From assembly GCA_029953675.1 (NCBI GenBank), contig JAMWBK010000003.1, positions 744,001-808,000 of the forward strand: DNA of 64,000 nucleotides, given 5' to 3'. A program made the translations under genes and the position numbers. Positions 9,140-24,339 of this stretch are shown piece after piece (positions within the stretch are counted from its first letter, which is position 1; every line of letters starts with the position of its first letter). The notes beneath the pieces are model-generated. The model searched no databases. It was not told the origin of the DNA and saw only the letters and a list, made by a program, of their open reading frames with translations. This DNA is from Rhodosorus marinus CCMP1338. Taxonomy: Eukaryota; Plantae; Rhodophyta.

Positions 9140-12100
9140 CTATTCCCGGGGCTTGTCTCCCTTGCGTGCTAGAGTGCTGTTTGTCTTATCGGCAACTGGA
9201 ACAGGTCCGTCCTTGTTGAGTGTTACACCCTTTTCATGATCTAGCCCGGACTTTATCCACTGCTTCGCCGTGAAGGAAGCAGTCCATGGTTCTAGAAGGG
9301 ATTCAACCACCACCTTTTCCAATCTCCAATCCTAAGATAGATACATTTGGAAGCTCGTTAGACGCCGCTGTCAATAGGATGCTAGATATGAACGTGGAAA
9401 CTGCAAGCTTAGGCTTACGAGCGATAGTCCGCTATTATAGTGGCCTATGGTCATGCTTTTGATTGGAGCCAGTGACGACTCAATTAGGATACAGAAGACG
9501 TCCACAGACCCAGCAGAGAAGCTGTGCTTCCTCCTGTTCAAGTACATTACCGGGGAAGAACCTCCGTCAACACCTTCGAAAGTTATCCAGACCTCCCCGT
9601 CGGTCCCCGAGCCCATGTGATCGCTTGTCTCAACGCTAATGAGCACCGGACAATGCTTTTCCTTAGGGCAACCATCTTCTTTCTTGCGTTTCTCCGGAGA
9701 AGATTCTGCGTAGGTTTTGTAGAAATTAGAGAGGAGGTCAGCAGCTCTGTTAGTGAAGGAAAAATATCGTCTTCCAACGTGAGCTATGCCTATGAACACT
9801 GACCTACGGAGTATAGAGCGAGCCCTCTGCTGGTGCTCGCATCATTTCCGTGCCTTATCTTCTCCACTAGAGCTTCATGTCCGAGACGAATCTCCATTGC
9901 ATTCTTTTGGATTGTGTCGAACACCTCCGAGCTGAGCTTCCGAATCGCCTGCAGCAACTGGATATTTTCAGCCTTCTCAGAGTCTTCGTTCCTTTGACGG
10001 AAATTGTGCTTCATTCTCTGCACTCTGTCGGTCAGTAGTTGATTGATTGGGTTGATGAGCAATTCGCTAGGCGCGCGGGATAAGGTTGGTGTCAGACACC
10101 GATATCCAACCCAGCACCGCGCCCAAACCGGTTTGTCATCATGTTTGTCCATGATCAACGGGATCCAGAGCTCGCGCATCCTCATACTTTGTCCTCCTAT
10201 TTTGGCCGTGAGACGTATATCAGTTAGCAAGCGGCTCGGAGTACAGCCTCCAATAAGCGGTGTGATAAGGACGGACGTACTCGTCAATTGTAAAAGTGCT
10301 CTCCCCAGAATAAGATCCGACGCAAGGAGCTCCTTGCCCAGTACCAAGATGTTCAACAAATCCGTCGACGGGTCATTGACAGGGAATGTGAAATGCTCAT
10401 CCCAAACCGGTTGTTGAGTATCCTTCTGGACCTTGGTTACACGAGTTGTTGGTCCACAAATGATCTCGCATTGGAAACTGTGCTCAGAGGGCCATTGCGT
10501 TGATTCAAGAAAATCAACCTGCAGCGAACCAGAAGATAAAACCCCCAGCATGAGATACGCCATTCACGTGGGCTCCGACAATGAAGCGATGACCCTTCCA
10601 GCCTGCCACTACTTACCACCCATTCACCTTCTACAAGAGTATCTCGTGCTGCCTCGGAAGAAGCTTCCGCCGCAGGGACCGGGTCATTGTCCGGTTGTTG
10701 CGAAGGTACGCCTCGTTCAGGTGGTGCAAACGTTCCTTGATTTGACCCTCCTTCCATTGCACGAGCTTGATTCAAAGAGCGTACATCGAGTTCCTCACTG
10801 GAACCGACATATTCGTCGCTTGCAAACTTTTCACCCCGTTCATCATTGGACTCGAGTGCTTGCTCTTTTGCAGATGCCGTTCCTCCCACGTCCTCGCTGT
10901 ACTGCGGACTACTCCTACGCCGATGTCGGGAGCGTCTGTAAAAGTGCTCGGAATGGCTGCTCAGCCGGTGTTCGTTGTTGTCAGGAGAATTTGCACTCTT
11001 CTCTGAACTATGCCGATGTAGAGAGGGCCTTCGATGGCCCTCTAAATGTCCACTGAGCCGATGCAACACTTTTCCGTGAGAGTGGTTGCTATTTTCCGAG
11101 CAACCCTCCTCGTTTCTCGGTGAATTATTCCCATGCTGGCCAGGCTGATGCTCGGGCACCTGCTCACTTCCCTCTGGATCATGCTTATGCCCAGTGCTAC
11201 GTCTGTGTTGCCGACGTTGTCCCGTTTGAGCCGCTCTTTCATCGGGATGCTCTGGGTCCGCGCCGTACTTGCCGTTTCGAACGCGATTTGTGACCTTCTT
11301 CACACGATCAGCTACTGGTCTCCGTTTTCGATCGTCATCTTGACGCGCGAACTTCACGAAGGCCATCTGCACCCGCACCATTCCAACGCCTTCATCTGCC
11401 TCGCCGGAACACGTTCCCTTCAAATGCACCCACACAGGTACTTTCGCGGCCTAGTGAATCGGTAAATGGAGGCGATTAAATTACGGTTTCGCCTCTAGTC
11501 AAAGTGGCCGAACGAGCAAGGCAAGGGGCACAGGTAGCCCAACTCATACCTCCTGAATTTCCTCAATGGATATCCACGCCGATCCAACGACCTTTTCTCC
11601 GAAAACGAGGTTTTCCACGGCGTTTCCATATCCCGCAAGTAGCTGAACGCAGAGAAACCTTTCGTTCTTCGATACAGGAACATACAATCTCTCGTTGAAG
11701 ATAGCATCTCTACCCGTGTCGGCGTCGTGACCATCACGGTCGTGGTCCGTATCTCGGGATTCCTCACCAACCCGGAGCCTTACTATCGGGTGAAAGTTTT
11801 GTGACATTTGTTGCCCTCCCAAGTCAATCCCTTCTATAACCTTGGCGGAGATAAAACCTGGGGAGTCATCTTCTGATTCGTTCCTCATTTCTTTTTGCAC
11901 GCGGGCGTCAAAGTTCAAATGGCTCTGACTTGGACGAGAATCTATGATTCCCCCGACGGCTCTTAGCAGCTCGAGCTGTAAGTAAGTATGCGAGATTGTC
12001 TCAGCTTGAGCTTTGAAACTGCTAACAATATTGCTGAGGAAGCTCTTTGTTCGCGACCTCTCTTTCCGCAGCTCGTCGCTCTCAGCTGCATTATTAGTTC

Positions 12101-13383
12101 GCAGAGTTATGGAGACCGCATTTGGGAAACTCATGAGTTCGGAAAGAAGAAAGTACACGAGGTCGTTGAACCATTCTACAATCTTGTTGCCTCCGAGCAG
12201 GTCGATTCCAGACGCGAATGGGACTACCGAAAGCTTAACTATAGGCCTCCCTACGATGCTGATCGACATCTTTTCAAGGTTGATCCTGTCCTCGCATAAA
12301 GTCAAAACCTGAAGTAAACACGCGCAAGAAAAGGAAGCATAGAAACACGGTAAGGAAAAGTCTCAGAGGTAGATTGGCTCCGGCTGGCAGACCAACTGCT
12401 GCGATCTAAAAACAAATCAACAGAAGCCCTGAAATCAAAAGCTGAAACAATTGGCTTCCTCTAAACTAGATTCAGTTCCGATAACGAATTGCATCTCCTC
12501 TGCTCATTCGCGCAAACAAAAAATTCCTCTTGCACCACAATGAGAGCCAGCAGTCCAGAGTCCAGCACTTTCCGCCTGGCTCTACGCAAAAGATTGAACC
12601 CGGTTCTCTCGCGTTCTTGTCTGATGCTATTGGAGCTTCGGTCGAAGTGCTTGTCTCCAATAAGGACTAGATGGCAAGACGGTCTCTAAGGAATTGTTAA
12701 CTCAAACAACATAAACCAGCTCCCATAAAGCGGGCAAATGGTCACTACTTTCAAGAATCGCGGATAGGGAGGTGATGATCGGATTTTGGAGTACTTACGA
12801 ATCTAGTACGTGCTTTGATGGAAAGATTGCTCGCTTTCAGTACATGAGGTCCGTGTGTTAGGCCAGTACGTAGAGTTACCTGGTTATCCCTGTCATGTTT
12901 TTGAGATAGAATTTTAGAAGTGACTCTGAAACCGAACATGAGTTGGTGTTGTCCTTACGGGGAAATCCATTCTAGCAGACAGTCCACGATCAAAGTTCGA
13001 GGGTCCGGATTGGAAAACGTCTTGACTGAAACAACGTAGGGAGGCTCAGTGCCGATGCTAATGTCACTTACTGCAAGGTAGGGGAACACAGCCGGTTTTG
13101 CTTCGACCACCATCGGGTAGATCAGCTTGAGAATCTCATCCTCTAGATTTGTAGCCCATTGCGACCAGAACTTGAATAAAAGAACCGCAATCCATATCAC
13201 AGATTCCTCTTTCTCGTTCTTCAACACGTCTCCTTCATCCGCGTCTTGCTCCTCGTCGAGTACTAACCGCGCAGAGTTTTTCCTGAAGAAAGTTGCGTCC
13301 AAAACTTTAATAGCTGCGTAGGCTACTGCAACGGGGAAAAGAAATGAGCTGCTCGCCGCCTTCCAAAGAAACCCCAGATTCAT
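9140..13383 (-). CDS. Extended-synaptotagmin/tricalbin-like protein: TM + SMP + C2 + disordered linker + C2 + PLAT, multi-exon
   Basis: SMP-like LAVSDISIGTEPPYVVSVKT and LVYFLLSELMSFPNAVSI; C2-like HPIVRLRVG...AIFNERLYVPV and TQQPVWDEHFTFPV; PLAT-like VETSDHMGSGTDGEVWITFEG...FSAGSVDVF and FTAKQWI. Confidence 0.78.
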
Positions 13384-13799
13384 AACGCCCAACAAAAAGA
13401 TTTCCGCATTTAAATCAGTAGGGAAAAAGCAAAAGCAGAGAAGACGATCCCTACGCCCGACGATAAACTCCGCTCGCTCTCAGTGCACAAGTCTCCAAAT
13501 CTTCTCAAGCGATTATCTCCCATTTCCGGCACCAATAGCTGAGCAAGGAAGCCGTAGTAATCTCGAAACTCAAAGAATGGCTAGATTGAAAGCTCAATTT
13601 TTACCGCATGAACGTGAACACCTCCTGATTCTACTAGGACGTTCAAGTGTTGCTACCCTTCCTCAAACCCTTACGATTCTCTAACAAACCAGGCAGTAGA
13701 CAGAAGATCCAAAAGTCGAATGTCGGAAACTTATACGTCCTCCCAGCTTGGTCTACCGGATGCCACTGCCTAACTCACAGTAAAGTCAACTGACTTTCG

Positions 13800-14500
13800 T
13801 TTCACTGGATCCTACCGGCCAAGGTATTGAGGCGCATGGTACCTTGAAACTCAACAACTCGTCCACTCCAATATCTCGTTTTCCAATGAATTCTAATGGC
13901 CAAGGTAGTGTTGCGCATGGTCCTCCGAAGATAAAAAAATAGCGTCCAGCAACGTCTCGTTTTCCAATGAATTCTAATGGCCAAGGTGACGTCGCGCATT
14001 TTTCTCCGAAGAACAAAAACAACCGTTCACCAACATATTTTTTTTTAATGAATTGTAATGGCCAAGGTAGTGTAGCGCCTGATATTCTAGGAACAAACAC
14101 AACCTTTCATCTATATGTCGTTTTACAATGAATTCTAATGGCCAAGGTAGTGTGTATAGCATGATACCCCCAAAGAACAAACACAACCGTTCACCAATAT
14201 ATCGTTTTACAATGAATTCTAAGGGCCTGGTGGTGACCAATGCTACGAAGTCGTGAAAGTAATTACTGAGCCTTGTCTCCTGTTTGACGAATTTCAATGG
14301 GAGAGGTCAGATGGTTCATATCACCCTGCGGAATGCAAATATTCAACAATCTGTTTTTTTTTTTGGAATGAATTCGTAAAGGCCAAACTAGCATGCCGAT
14401 TGTTACCCTTTTGCTTGGCAACACGCCCTATTGTGTATCCTTTTTTATCAATGAATTGTAATGGCCAAAGCTGCTCGGCTGATGATGATATCCGTTCTTG
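13800..14500. repeat. Tandem array of ~9 degenerate ~81-bp units with conserved core CAATGAATTCTAATGGCCAAGG
   Basis: Core at 13885, 13966, 14047, 14127, 14211, 14367 and 14450, with degenerate copies near 13804 and 14290. Confidence 0.9.
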
Positions 14501-15575
14501 AAGCAGATACATATTGGATGATGCTCATCCTCTTTTTTCCGAAATCTTTTCGTAGGGCAGAAAAGGCCTTGATTTCGATTCAACACAGGCGAGAGTTACG
14601 GAATGGCGATTGAGCAGTTCAAACCTCGGCTGCTGGAAGGAAGTGAGTATTGTTAAACAGGGCAGTCCACGTGAGAAAAGCGCGGGTTTTAAAAGAAGTT
14701 CCAAACGTTCTCGTTGAAAGTGTCTGAGGAGCCTGAAGCTCCGGCCCTGGTCCCGCCTTATCTGCCAACTCGGATGATGTCGAGCTGTCAATGCAGGACA
14801 TCGTCCGATTGTTACCGTACACTGGGTTGTTTCCAGGAGATGCCCTGAGGCAGTGCTCTTTCCCACTCCAGACATCACTTTAAACACTTACGCCCTCCAC
14901 AATAAGCCACCGGCAGTCCAAAATACCGATTCGCCAATCTGGTAAATAACCCTCAAAGGACTGGGAAACGCAAAACCCGGAGTCACTGTGCAACAGTGTA
15001 GACCCCAAAGGTGCAATGCCCTCCGCTTGACTGGAAGGTAACGTTGGTTACTCCAGAATGCTACCCTTGCCAAGGATTGCCTCATCGAAATGTCCGCATT
15101 CTTGGTGTCAACTACAGTGAAAATTTTCGGGCAGATAGCCAGCTGTAGCCCGAGAAAGGAACTGTTGAAGAGCCCCCCTCCACAACTGGTCCCGTACCGT
15201 TTTGAGTGCGTAAGCTTGCACTGTGGAATCAATCGCCAGAGGAGAGCTAAGACGCCCCTCAAGTCGATCCTAGGCAGATCAAGGTTCTATGATTCTTATT
15301 AACGCACCACCAGCACAAACCAGCACGCTTCTTTATCCGATCAAAGTGCGTAGACTCTTGCCTAGCCCCTCGTGTCTTCTTTCCTAATGGGGTTGAGCGA
15401 GGAGAAAAGTACGGAAGGAGAAACTACCATCCAGGTCGTCACTCGGCAATATTTCTATTCATCTGCAAAACCCGATGTGTTGGTTTAAAAACCTATATAT
15501 ACACCTTGGCGTGATGACGGAACGCAAACACAGCGCGCAAGCACAAACCAAAAGAAAAATTGTCGAGGCCACGGC

Positions 15576-17827
<2,252 letters not shown>

Positions 17828-19362
17828 CTTGCCGTACTTTGTTTACTCAAAACGTCCTCGAGCCCCTCCCAACCCTCTCCAGGAAAAAAAACCACAGTCC
17901 CTTTACGGAACCCTCTGAATCGCCCTCTCCCCCTCGGCCTATCTGCTCAAACTACCACACACACACACACACCCAAAAGAACTCCCAAAACTCTGACCAA
18001 AACAGCAATTCTCAGACCCTTCCAAGCCCCACTACGCCCAAAACAATCTTCTTCAACCTTTCCAGCTCCTCCCTCATGTCCTCATAAAAACCAAAACAAA
18101 CCAAAAGAAAAATTAGCAGCCCCTCAAACTATAAACAGTCGTACACAAACCTCTTCATGGACTCTCTTACATCTCCACCGAAAACATGATCCTCGTTCGT
18201 TCCTCCCCAACCCCGAAAAGGTTAACCCAAGTCAACTAGGGATGCAAAACATCCCCCGCACCCCACCAGAGCAGCCTCAACAGTCTGTCTACCAGAGCAC
18301 GTCCTTCTAAGAACACCCAACGAGGAAGAAGATCTTTTGTAAAATCAAAAAACGCCATCATCTCCGAAACTGAACAGGAAACGATCTTCTAAAACGCCGA
18401 CGCGCATGATCAGTACTATAAGGGTGGTGTTGTTATCTCCTGAACACGGAGTTGTTGTTGAGGACGAGGATAGTTGAGTCAAGGCAACCCTCTTTCACTC
18501 TTTTTCAGTGAAGACGATAAACCCTATCTGTTTCTCACGACGGATTTCTGTTATCCGAAGCTCACTACAAAAACCGCAGATGTTGTGGTTTGTCGACCAC
18601 TTTGGGCGGTTGTTGTCGATGACCACGATAGTTGAGTTCTCTTCACCGAAATCTCTGCGGTTGCGAAAGTAGAAACTTCCGGACGGTACTCAGGCTTTTG
18701 GTGAGGGAGATGGTTCACTAGGACGTCCAATCTTTATACCTCTTGTTCGTCAGGACGTGGCTTGTCAGTTGCAGACTTCAGTGATCGTTAAGGTTTTGGC
18801 AGATCTAGAGAGGCACAGGTTTATGCTCACATCGAATAAGTAGAATCCTCACTGAAGCGTAGACGGAGAGCGTTTCCGGGTAATACAGTACCTGCCTCCT
18901 CATTGATAAGGCTTCCAAAAAACCTTGTGGATGAATGGACAGTAGGACAAGTAGACAATACCCGCAGTTGGAGGAGCGGTGAACGGTGTGAACTTTATAT
19001 GAAGCTGGCGGTGGATGAATTGGCAATCCGGCTTGTGGGTCAGAAGCTCCCGTCAAAGAATAGACTGATCCGGGACGAAAACGTGAGCTACAGACAGAAG
19101 TTTATGGACAGCAGTCGATTTCAGTTTGGTTTTTAACAAGAGTGCTGGAGTGCTGGACGGGAGTCCCGCTTGTTGAGGAATGGAAAAAAATAAGAACTCA
19201 TCAAGAAATGACTAAGTCAAGACTTTTCGAGTTAGACCTCGACGGAGGTTTTGTCTCATGACCGCAGGCGACGAGTAAGCAAGTCTTTGCTGAGGTCAAA
19301 AGTTGTTGCGGCGAGGGGCTGTGGGCTCGCGGTCGCAGGTTGCGAGCTTAGTAGGTTGTGTC

Positions 19363-20112
19363 ATGAGTGCTGTTGTGCAGCTGTCTAGATCCACCAACGT
19401 CGAGGACGTTGTAAGGGGGGAGATAGGGGAGGACCCAGGTTCGGAAAGCGTTGGGAGCTTGATCGTGTTCATGCTTGATGCGACGATTCCTAGTGGATTC
19501 TGGTTCGACTACCTCAATAGAATATATGGCTTGGTGGCTATGGAAGACCCGAGACGGGATGTGAGGGTCATGGTATCCGAGCTCGCGGTAAAAAGGCAAG
19601 CGAAGCCTGACGTGAGAGAGGCAGAAAAGAGTCTGACAGAGTCAATGCCGGAACTCAAACGCTACAAGACCGTCGCAGTTGGTGGAACGTTCGATAGACT
19701 ACATGCTGGGCACCGTCTCCTCCTCGCCGCCAGTGCCCTAACAGCAACTGAACGCCTAATCATTGGCATCAGTGGACCTGAGCTTCTGAAGCGCAAAAAG
19801 TTTGCTGACCATATACAAAGCTTTGCGGAACGGAGCAGGGGCGCCGAGGAATTTGTCCTGAGTGTCAATCCTCATATTACAGTAGAAGTGACGGAACTTA
19901 AAGATGCTTCTGGACCAACGCGGACTAGGGAAAATCTTGATGCTATCGTTGTGACAAAAGAAACTCGTCGTGGAGCCGATGACATAAACCGACTGCGGAC
20001 TGAAGAAGAAGGTCTGCATCAGTTAGAGGTGGTCGTTGTGGGGCTTCTCTACCCTGCGGACGGCACAGAGAAACTGAGCTCCACGAGGTTTCGCGAATAC
20101 GATGTTCGCTAA
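19363..20112 (+). CDS. PPAT: Phosphopantetheine adenylyltransferase (eukaryote/archaeal type), intronless
   Basis: VAVGGTFDRLHAGH (HxGH), LIIGIS, DAIVVTKET, KLSST. Confidence 0.92.
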   Translation: MSAVVQLSRSTNVEDVVRGEIGEDPGSESVGSLIVFMLDATIPSGFWFDYLNRIYGLVAMEDPRRDVRVMVSELAVKRQAKPDVREAEKSLTESMPELKRYKTVAVGGTFDRLHAGHRLLLAASALTATERLIIGISGPELLKRKKFADHIQSFAERSRGAEEFVLSVNPHITVEVTELKDASGPTRTRENLDAIVVTKETRRGADDINRLRTEEEGLHQLEVVVVGLLYPADGTEKLSSTRFREYDVR

Positions 20113-20443
20113 GCCAATCCAGTACTTGAGAGTCGAGCAAAACGGATCTTGGTCCACGGCCGCGGACGTCGACAAAACCGGACGAATGATTGCGAAAGTT
20201 TTCATGCCTTGCCAACCACCGCAGAGGAGCATTTCTAACAACTCGTTTCGATGTAATCACCATAACCGGCGCGGCGGATACTGTCCACGCAAGTGCTGAC
20301 GGTACTCGAGCGATGAAAACGTCCTCGAGCTTCAGTCAAGGATTTGCTTCCAACCACCTACAAAAGCGTCGTTCCACGCAGATATAGAATCGCGCTTTCT
20401 TTCTTCTCCATTAAAAGTTATTCTACAAACTCGTTACGTAGGT

Positions 20444-21831
20444 TCAATTGTAACCTTTGTTAAGCATATCATCAAGATATCCAGCTACGGATTTCACCGC
20501 GCTGTTAGCTGCCGAAGTCAGATTGCCGATTGTTTCGGCATACTCGTCATCTTCCTGTGCGTAGGGATTGCTTCTATAATGGCCTCCCATGTTATTTCTA
20601 TGATACGCGTCCGACGAAATATTCGTCGATCCACTGAATCGCATCGACAAATCGTCCATATTGGCCTGCGGGGCAGTCTGGTCTGGGAAGAAATCCGCGG
20701 AAGATATTCCTTTTCGGTTCTGGTATTTCTCTGCATCCATCGTTGGAGCCGCGGTAGTCGTCCTGGTCTTTGCCGCCTCTTGACTCAACGCGCCGGCACT
20801 GACCACTGGTGAGTTCTTGCTCATCGGCATCCTTGGGACGGGCGGTACAAGTGGCTCTGGCCCGACTTCCGAGCCGACCTTCGACCAATCGATTTCAGAG
20901 CTCGGCTTCTAATGGCAAGCGATAGACAGGACGAGGGCAATCAGCACCATACCCGTCGCTCACAAGATATGATTTTCACATGCTTCTCTTTTACCTTCTT
21001 TGTCGCAGTCTTCCTTGCGCCGAGACCTCCACCTTTCTTTGTATTTCGCTTTCCCGCCGGGGCGTACAGCGATGTACTGGGCGCTGGGAGCTTCCCGCTC
21101 TCGGGTTTCAGTTTCGGAGATTTGATCTTTTCCTCTTCCATTTGTTGTACAGAATGGGGAACTGGAACCTCCTCATGATCAGATTCCTCAGGGGCCAAGG
21201 CCTTCGCGTCTACGTGAACCGGGAAATCTCCCAGAGACTCCGTACTGCGCAGTTCAAAAGCAAGCAAAAGCAAGGCACCGTCAAGATCGTGCTGAAGTTT
21301 GCACCTACGTGCGGGTAGACTCTGTGCTTAGCTACTCACCTGCCAAGAGACTGTGTTACTTTTCTTTCCAGGCTCATCTTGTACATTGTACTAACGTTTC
21401 CCGTGTACTTTTGCAACAGCGATTGATTGGCTTCACCTCGCCATCCGTGATCTTTATAAAACGCGAAGGCTTTAGCATTTCCACCCTGAACCATTTTTTC
21501 CAAGTCCTTCTTCGTCCATGTGTCCATGTTAGTCGACCTAACAAACGTGATATGTGTCCCCATCTGTCTGTGGGAACCAGAGCAATCCAAGCAGATGAAG
21601 ACACCGAACGATGTTGACGCCCATGTTGGATTCTTCGCTCCACAATCGAAGCAAGACTATGCCGAGCAATCAATTCCAAAGAACATAACGCACACGAAAT
21701 CCGCCATTTAAGCATCCATATGCCGACTGCTCACCAATTCCAGCTCAGCTTACCTTGTTCTCAGGCTTTATCCGCAGACGCCGCAAAACTTCATTCGCGT
21801 TTTCAGCAATCTCTTCTTGCTGTGGAGCCAT
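20444..21831 (-). CDS. ADP-ribosylation factor GTPase-activating protein, Glo3/ArfGAP2/3 type, multi-exon
   Basis: [26 protein letters not shown]|[47 protein letters not shown]; GGGLGARK motif. Confidence 0.93.
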
Positions 21832-23099
21832 GGTACACACTCTTTGCGACGCTTAAGAACAGGGATTCCAGACCAAACAAGCAAGAACAATGACTTCTCA
21901 CCGCTGCCGAGCCCTAACCCTACCTCCCTCCCCGGACAAAGACAAATAGCTGAACTCAACCAGCCTAGGAGAATTCAAATCCAGTTCAGAATACGAAGAA
22001 TAACAGGCTCTCCAACCGAACGAGGGAAGTCCAAGCTCTCTACCATGCCCACACCAAGCCCCCCGCCCCGCCTCCATCGCGATCCGAAGAGACCTTCCTC
22101 AGGCCCAGTACATTAGCCGTGACTAGAACTGTACCAAAAAGGGAAAATTCCCCAAAAAGATCATGATTTTGGATAGTAGGATCTAATTAAGATATATGAC
22201 TTCATATTTTGATTGATATCAAGTATTTATTTTACAATTGCCAACACGGTTTTCTAACTTGAACTTAATCTGGACTCATAATCATGTATGCCAAATTCTG
22301 AGGGTGACTGTTAAAAGTCGTCTAGTCCCCAAACCTGTACTTATAGCGTGTGGGTATACTTCTTGTATGAGCGTCATATTATTGAATATATGTACTTTGA
22401 AGCCCCTAAATTGCGTAAAGAAAAATAAAAAACAACCCCTCCCAAACTGGCGTTTAGGTAAATTTTCTCCTCAAACACCGTCAGCATAGCCCAGTATGAA
22501 GACACGTGGATATTTTTTGGTAGAATATGGCCTCCTCCAATTTCTGTTGTGAACCCTTCTTTTTTCTCCTTTTTGAAGAATATATTGCAACTCTTGTTTT
22601 TTCGTTACCTTTTTCAACATTTTCTACCATTCTGCATATCTCTACTTTTCCCCTCATAAAAGTCAAACAATCATATGGAGAGTTTCCACCCCTAAAACTG
22701 AAGAGCATCAGAAAAACGCTCTGGTAGTAAGATAAGAGGGGCAGGGTGGAATTTGCCACGTGCCAACGTATAGCTTTTCTTAGGGGTCAGGTTCCAACTA
22801 TAGCGCACACCGGCTATTCCGAGGACCCAATGGGGGGGGGCGGTGTTTAGAGCAACAAAAAATTGCCACGTGTCCGAGTACTTGTATCGAATTGTGTTAG
22901 AAGTAGATGGGCTTAGTTGTGGAAGTCCATGTCGCGAATGAGATGCGCTATAGCAAGTCACAACGGACGCGCCTCTAGAACTAAGGCAGTGTCACAGCGC
23001 CAGAGTTTCAGACTCAAATAAGCATGCAGTCGAGGAAGATCAGCAGGGGCGTTGAGTGTAGGCACGCACGCAACCAAGCACCCCCCGGCGTTGTTTAAG

Positions 23100-23620
23100 A
23101 ATCGGAGGACCTCGATCAAGTTATCTTGTTATTATACGGTAGTGCGCACATCACAGAGACTCTCTGAGATAGAGCTGGTGTTGAGGGCGTCCGAGTGAGA
23201 ATTTGGCCTTCACCAAATCGAATTTAGGGTTCATCTCTTGGAGGAGGTTATCCGGCTACCATATCCACTGACGTTAGCTGGAATCAGGAATCGAGCCCCG
23301 CAGCAAAAATGGTAGCAGTCAAATTGCTCCTGGACTTTCACACTTTCTGAGGGACCACGTTTCAGATGACCCTCGGAAAGGTGGTTCTCTTACGAACGTG
23401 GGTTTGCAGAAGTCGGGTGGTTAGGAACAGAAGGTGTTTGACCTACTGATACAGGCAGTTATCGAGGCTCTTCGCGTGGCTTACTGGATCAGGGGCTATC
23501 ACATGCGGCCATGGCGTATGAAAGCTCGACAGCAGCCTGTATACTCCTCATGCAGAAGCTCGAGGATCGGTAAATGCTGATCCCGTTCTTGTCGCAAGGG
23601 TTCAACAAGGCAGAGCCCTG
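23100..23620 (+). mobile_element. Decayed Ty3/gypsy RT-RNase H fragment
   Basis: Frameshifted pieces ELVLRASE*EFGL...HLLEEV...LAGIR; EQKVFDLLIQAVIEALRVAY; YESSTAACILLMQ...IPFLSQGFNKAE resemble the RT thumb, connection and RNase H consensus in the correct order. Confidence 0.55.
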
Positions 23621-24256
23621 TCACACGCATACGAGCAGGAGCTATGTGCACGATTCTGTTCGGACGGTCAATTTCCCCCCACTGAAAGTAGATGCGGCAA
23701 TGCATGACAACTAAAAACCAGCGGACATAAGAAGCTACTCCGATCCCATCAGCATCCCACAACCGACATGCGACGAACAAAACCTAGTTCAAGGGGTTGG
23801 GGGGGGGAGGGTGGTGAGAATACGATCTGAAAGCACTAGTCACCTTACTTATCTTTCGACAAAAAGATCACCTAATCCACTCCTCCCAATTCTTCTCTAC
23901 AAGAACCCGCCCAACGCCTTCAGGCAAAAAAAACCCATCGACGTTGTCAGGTAACAATCGTCAGGAACATTCGCCCTGCGCGGGCCGTGTGGGCCCGCGC
24001 AATGGCAAATGTTAGCAGTTCGCATAATAGCCAATCACAAACAAATATCAATGTTTTTGGACCAATCATAGGCACGCAAAAAGTTTCGGAATGCTATAGT
24101 TGACGAGGAAGAGGTTTTCTAGGGCTTTTTTTAATGGACAGCTGTTTGGGAATGTTGAGGCGGGCGGCTTAGCTTGTGACGGTAAACATAGAGCAGGTGT
24201 TGTGTTTGCTGCGTTGGGAATTTTTGTTTGTTTCCTGGGAGGCCGTTGTGATACTC

Positions 24257-24259
<3 letters not shown>

Positions 24260-24301
<42 letters not shown>

Positions 24302-24303
24302 AT
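24260..24303. repeat. (TA)n microsatellite just upstream of the GMP synthase start
   Basis: Direct reading. Confidence 0.95.
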
Positions 24304-24339
24304 CTGTGAAGATAGATTCTGAGAAGCAAAGAGTTGAAT

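Noticed and set aside
12310-12798. snoRNA in the long intron of the SMP gene (9-10 nt rRNA-like matches)
   Set aside because: Matches are not adjacent to a proper D box and no C box is present
13800-14500. CRISPR array
   Set aside because: The variable segments are homologous to each other, the context is eukaryotic, and no cas genes are present
14888-15262. Reverse transcriptase remnant (KIFTVVD...VAFW)
   Set aside because: No YxDD-like motif; similarity too weak to call
18540-19136. Integrase-like WFVDHFGR motif and ORF 18903-19136
   Set aside because: Isolated motif with no downstream integrase residues in register
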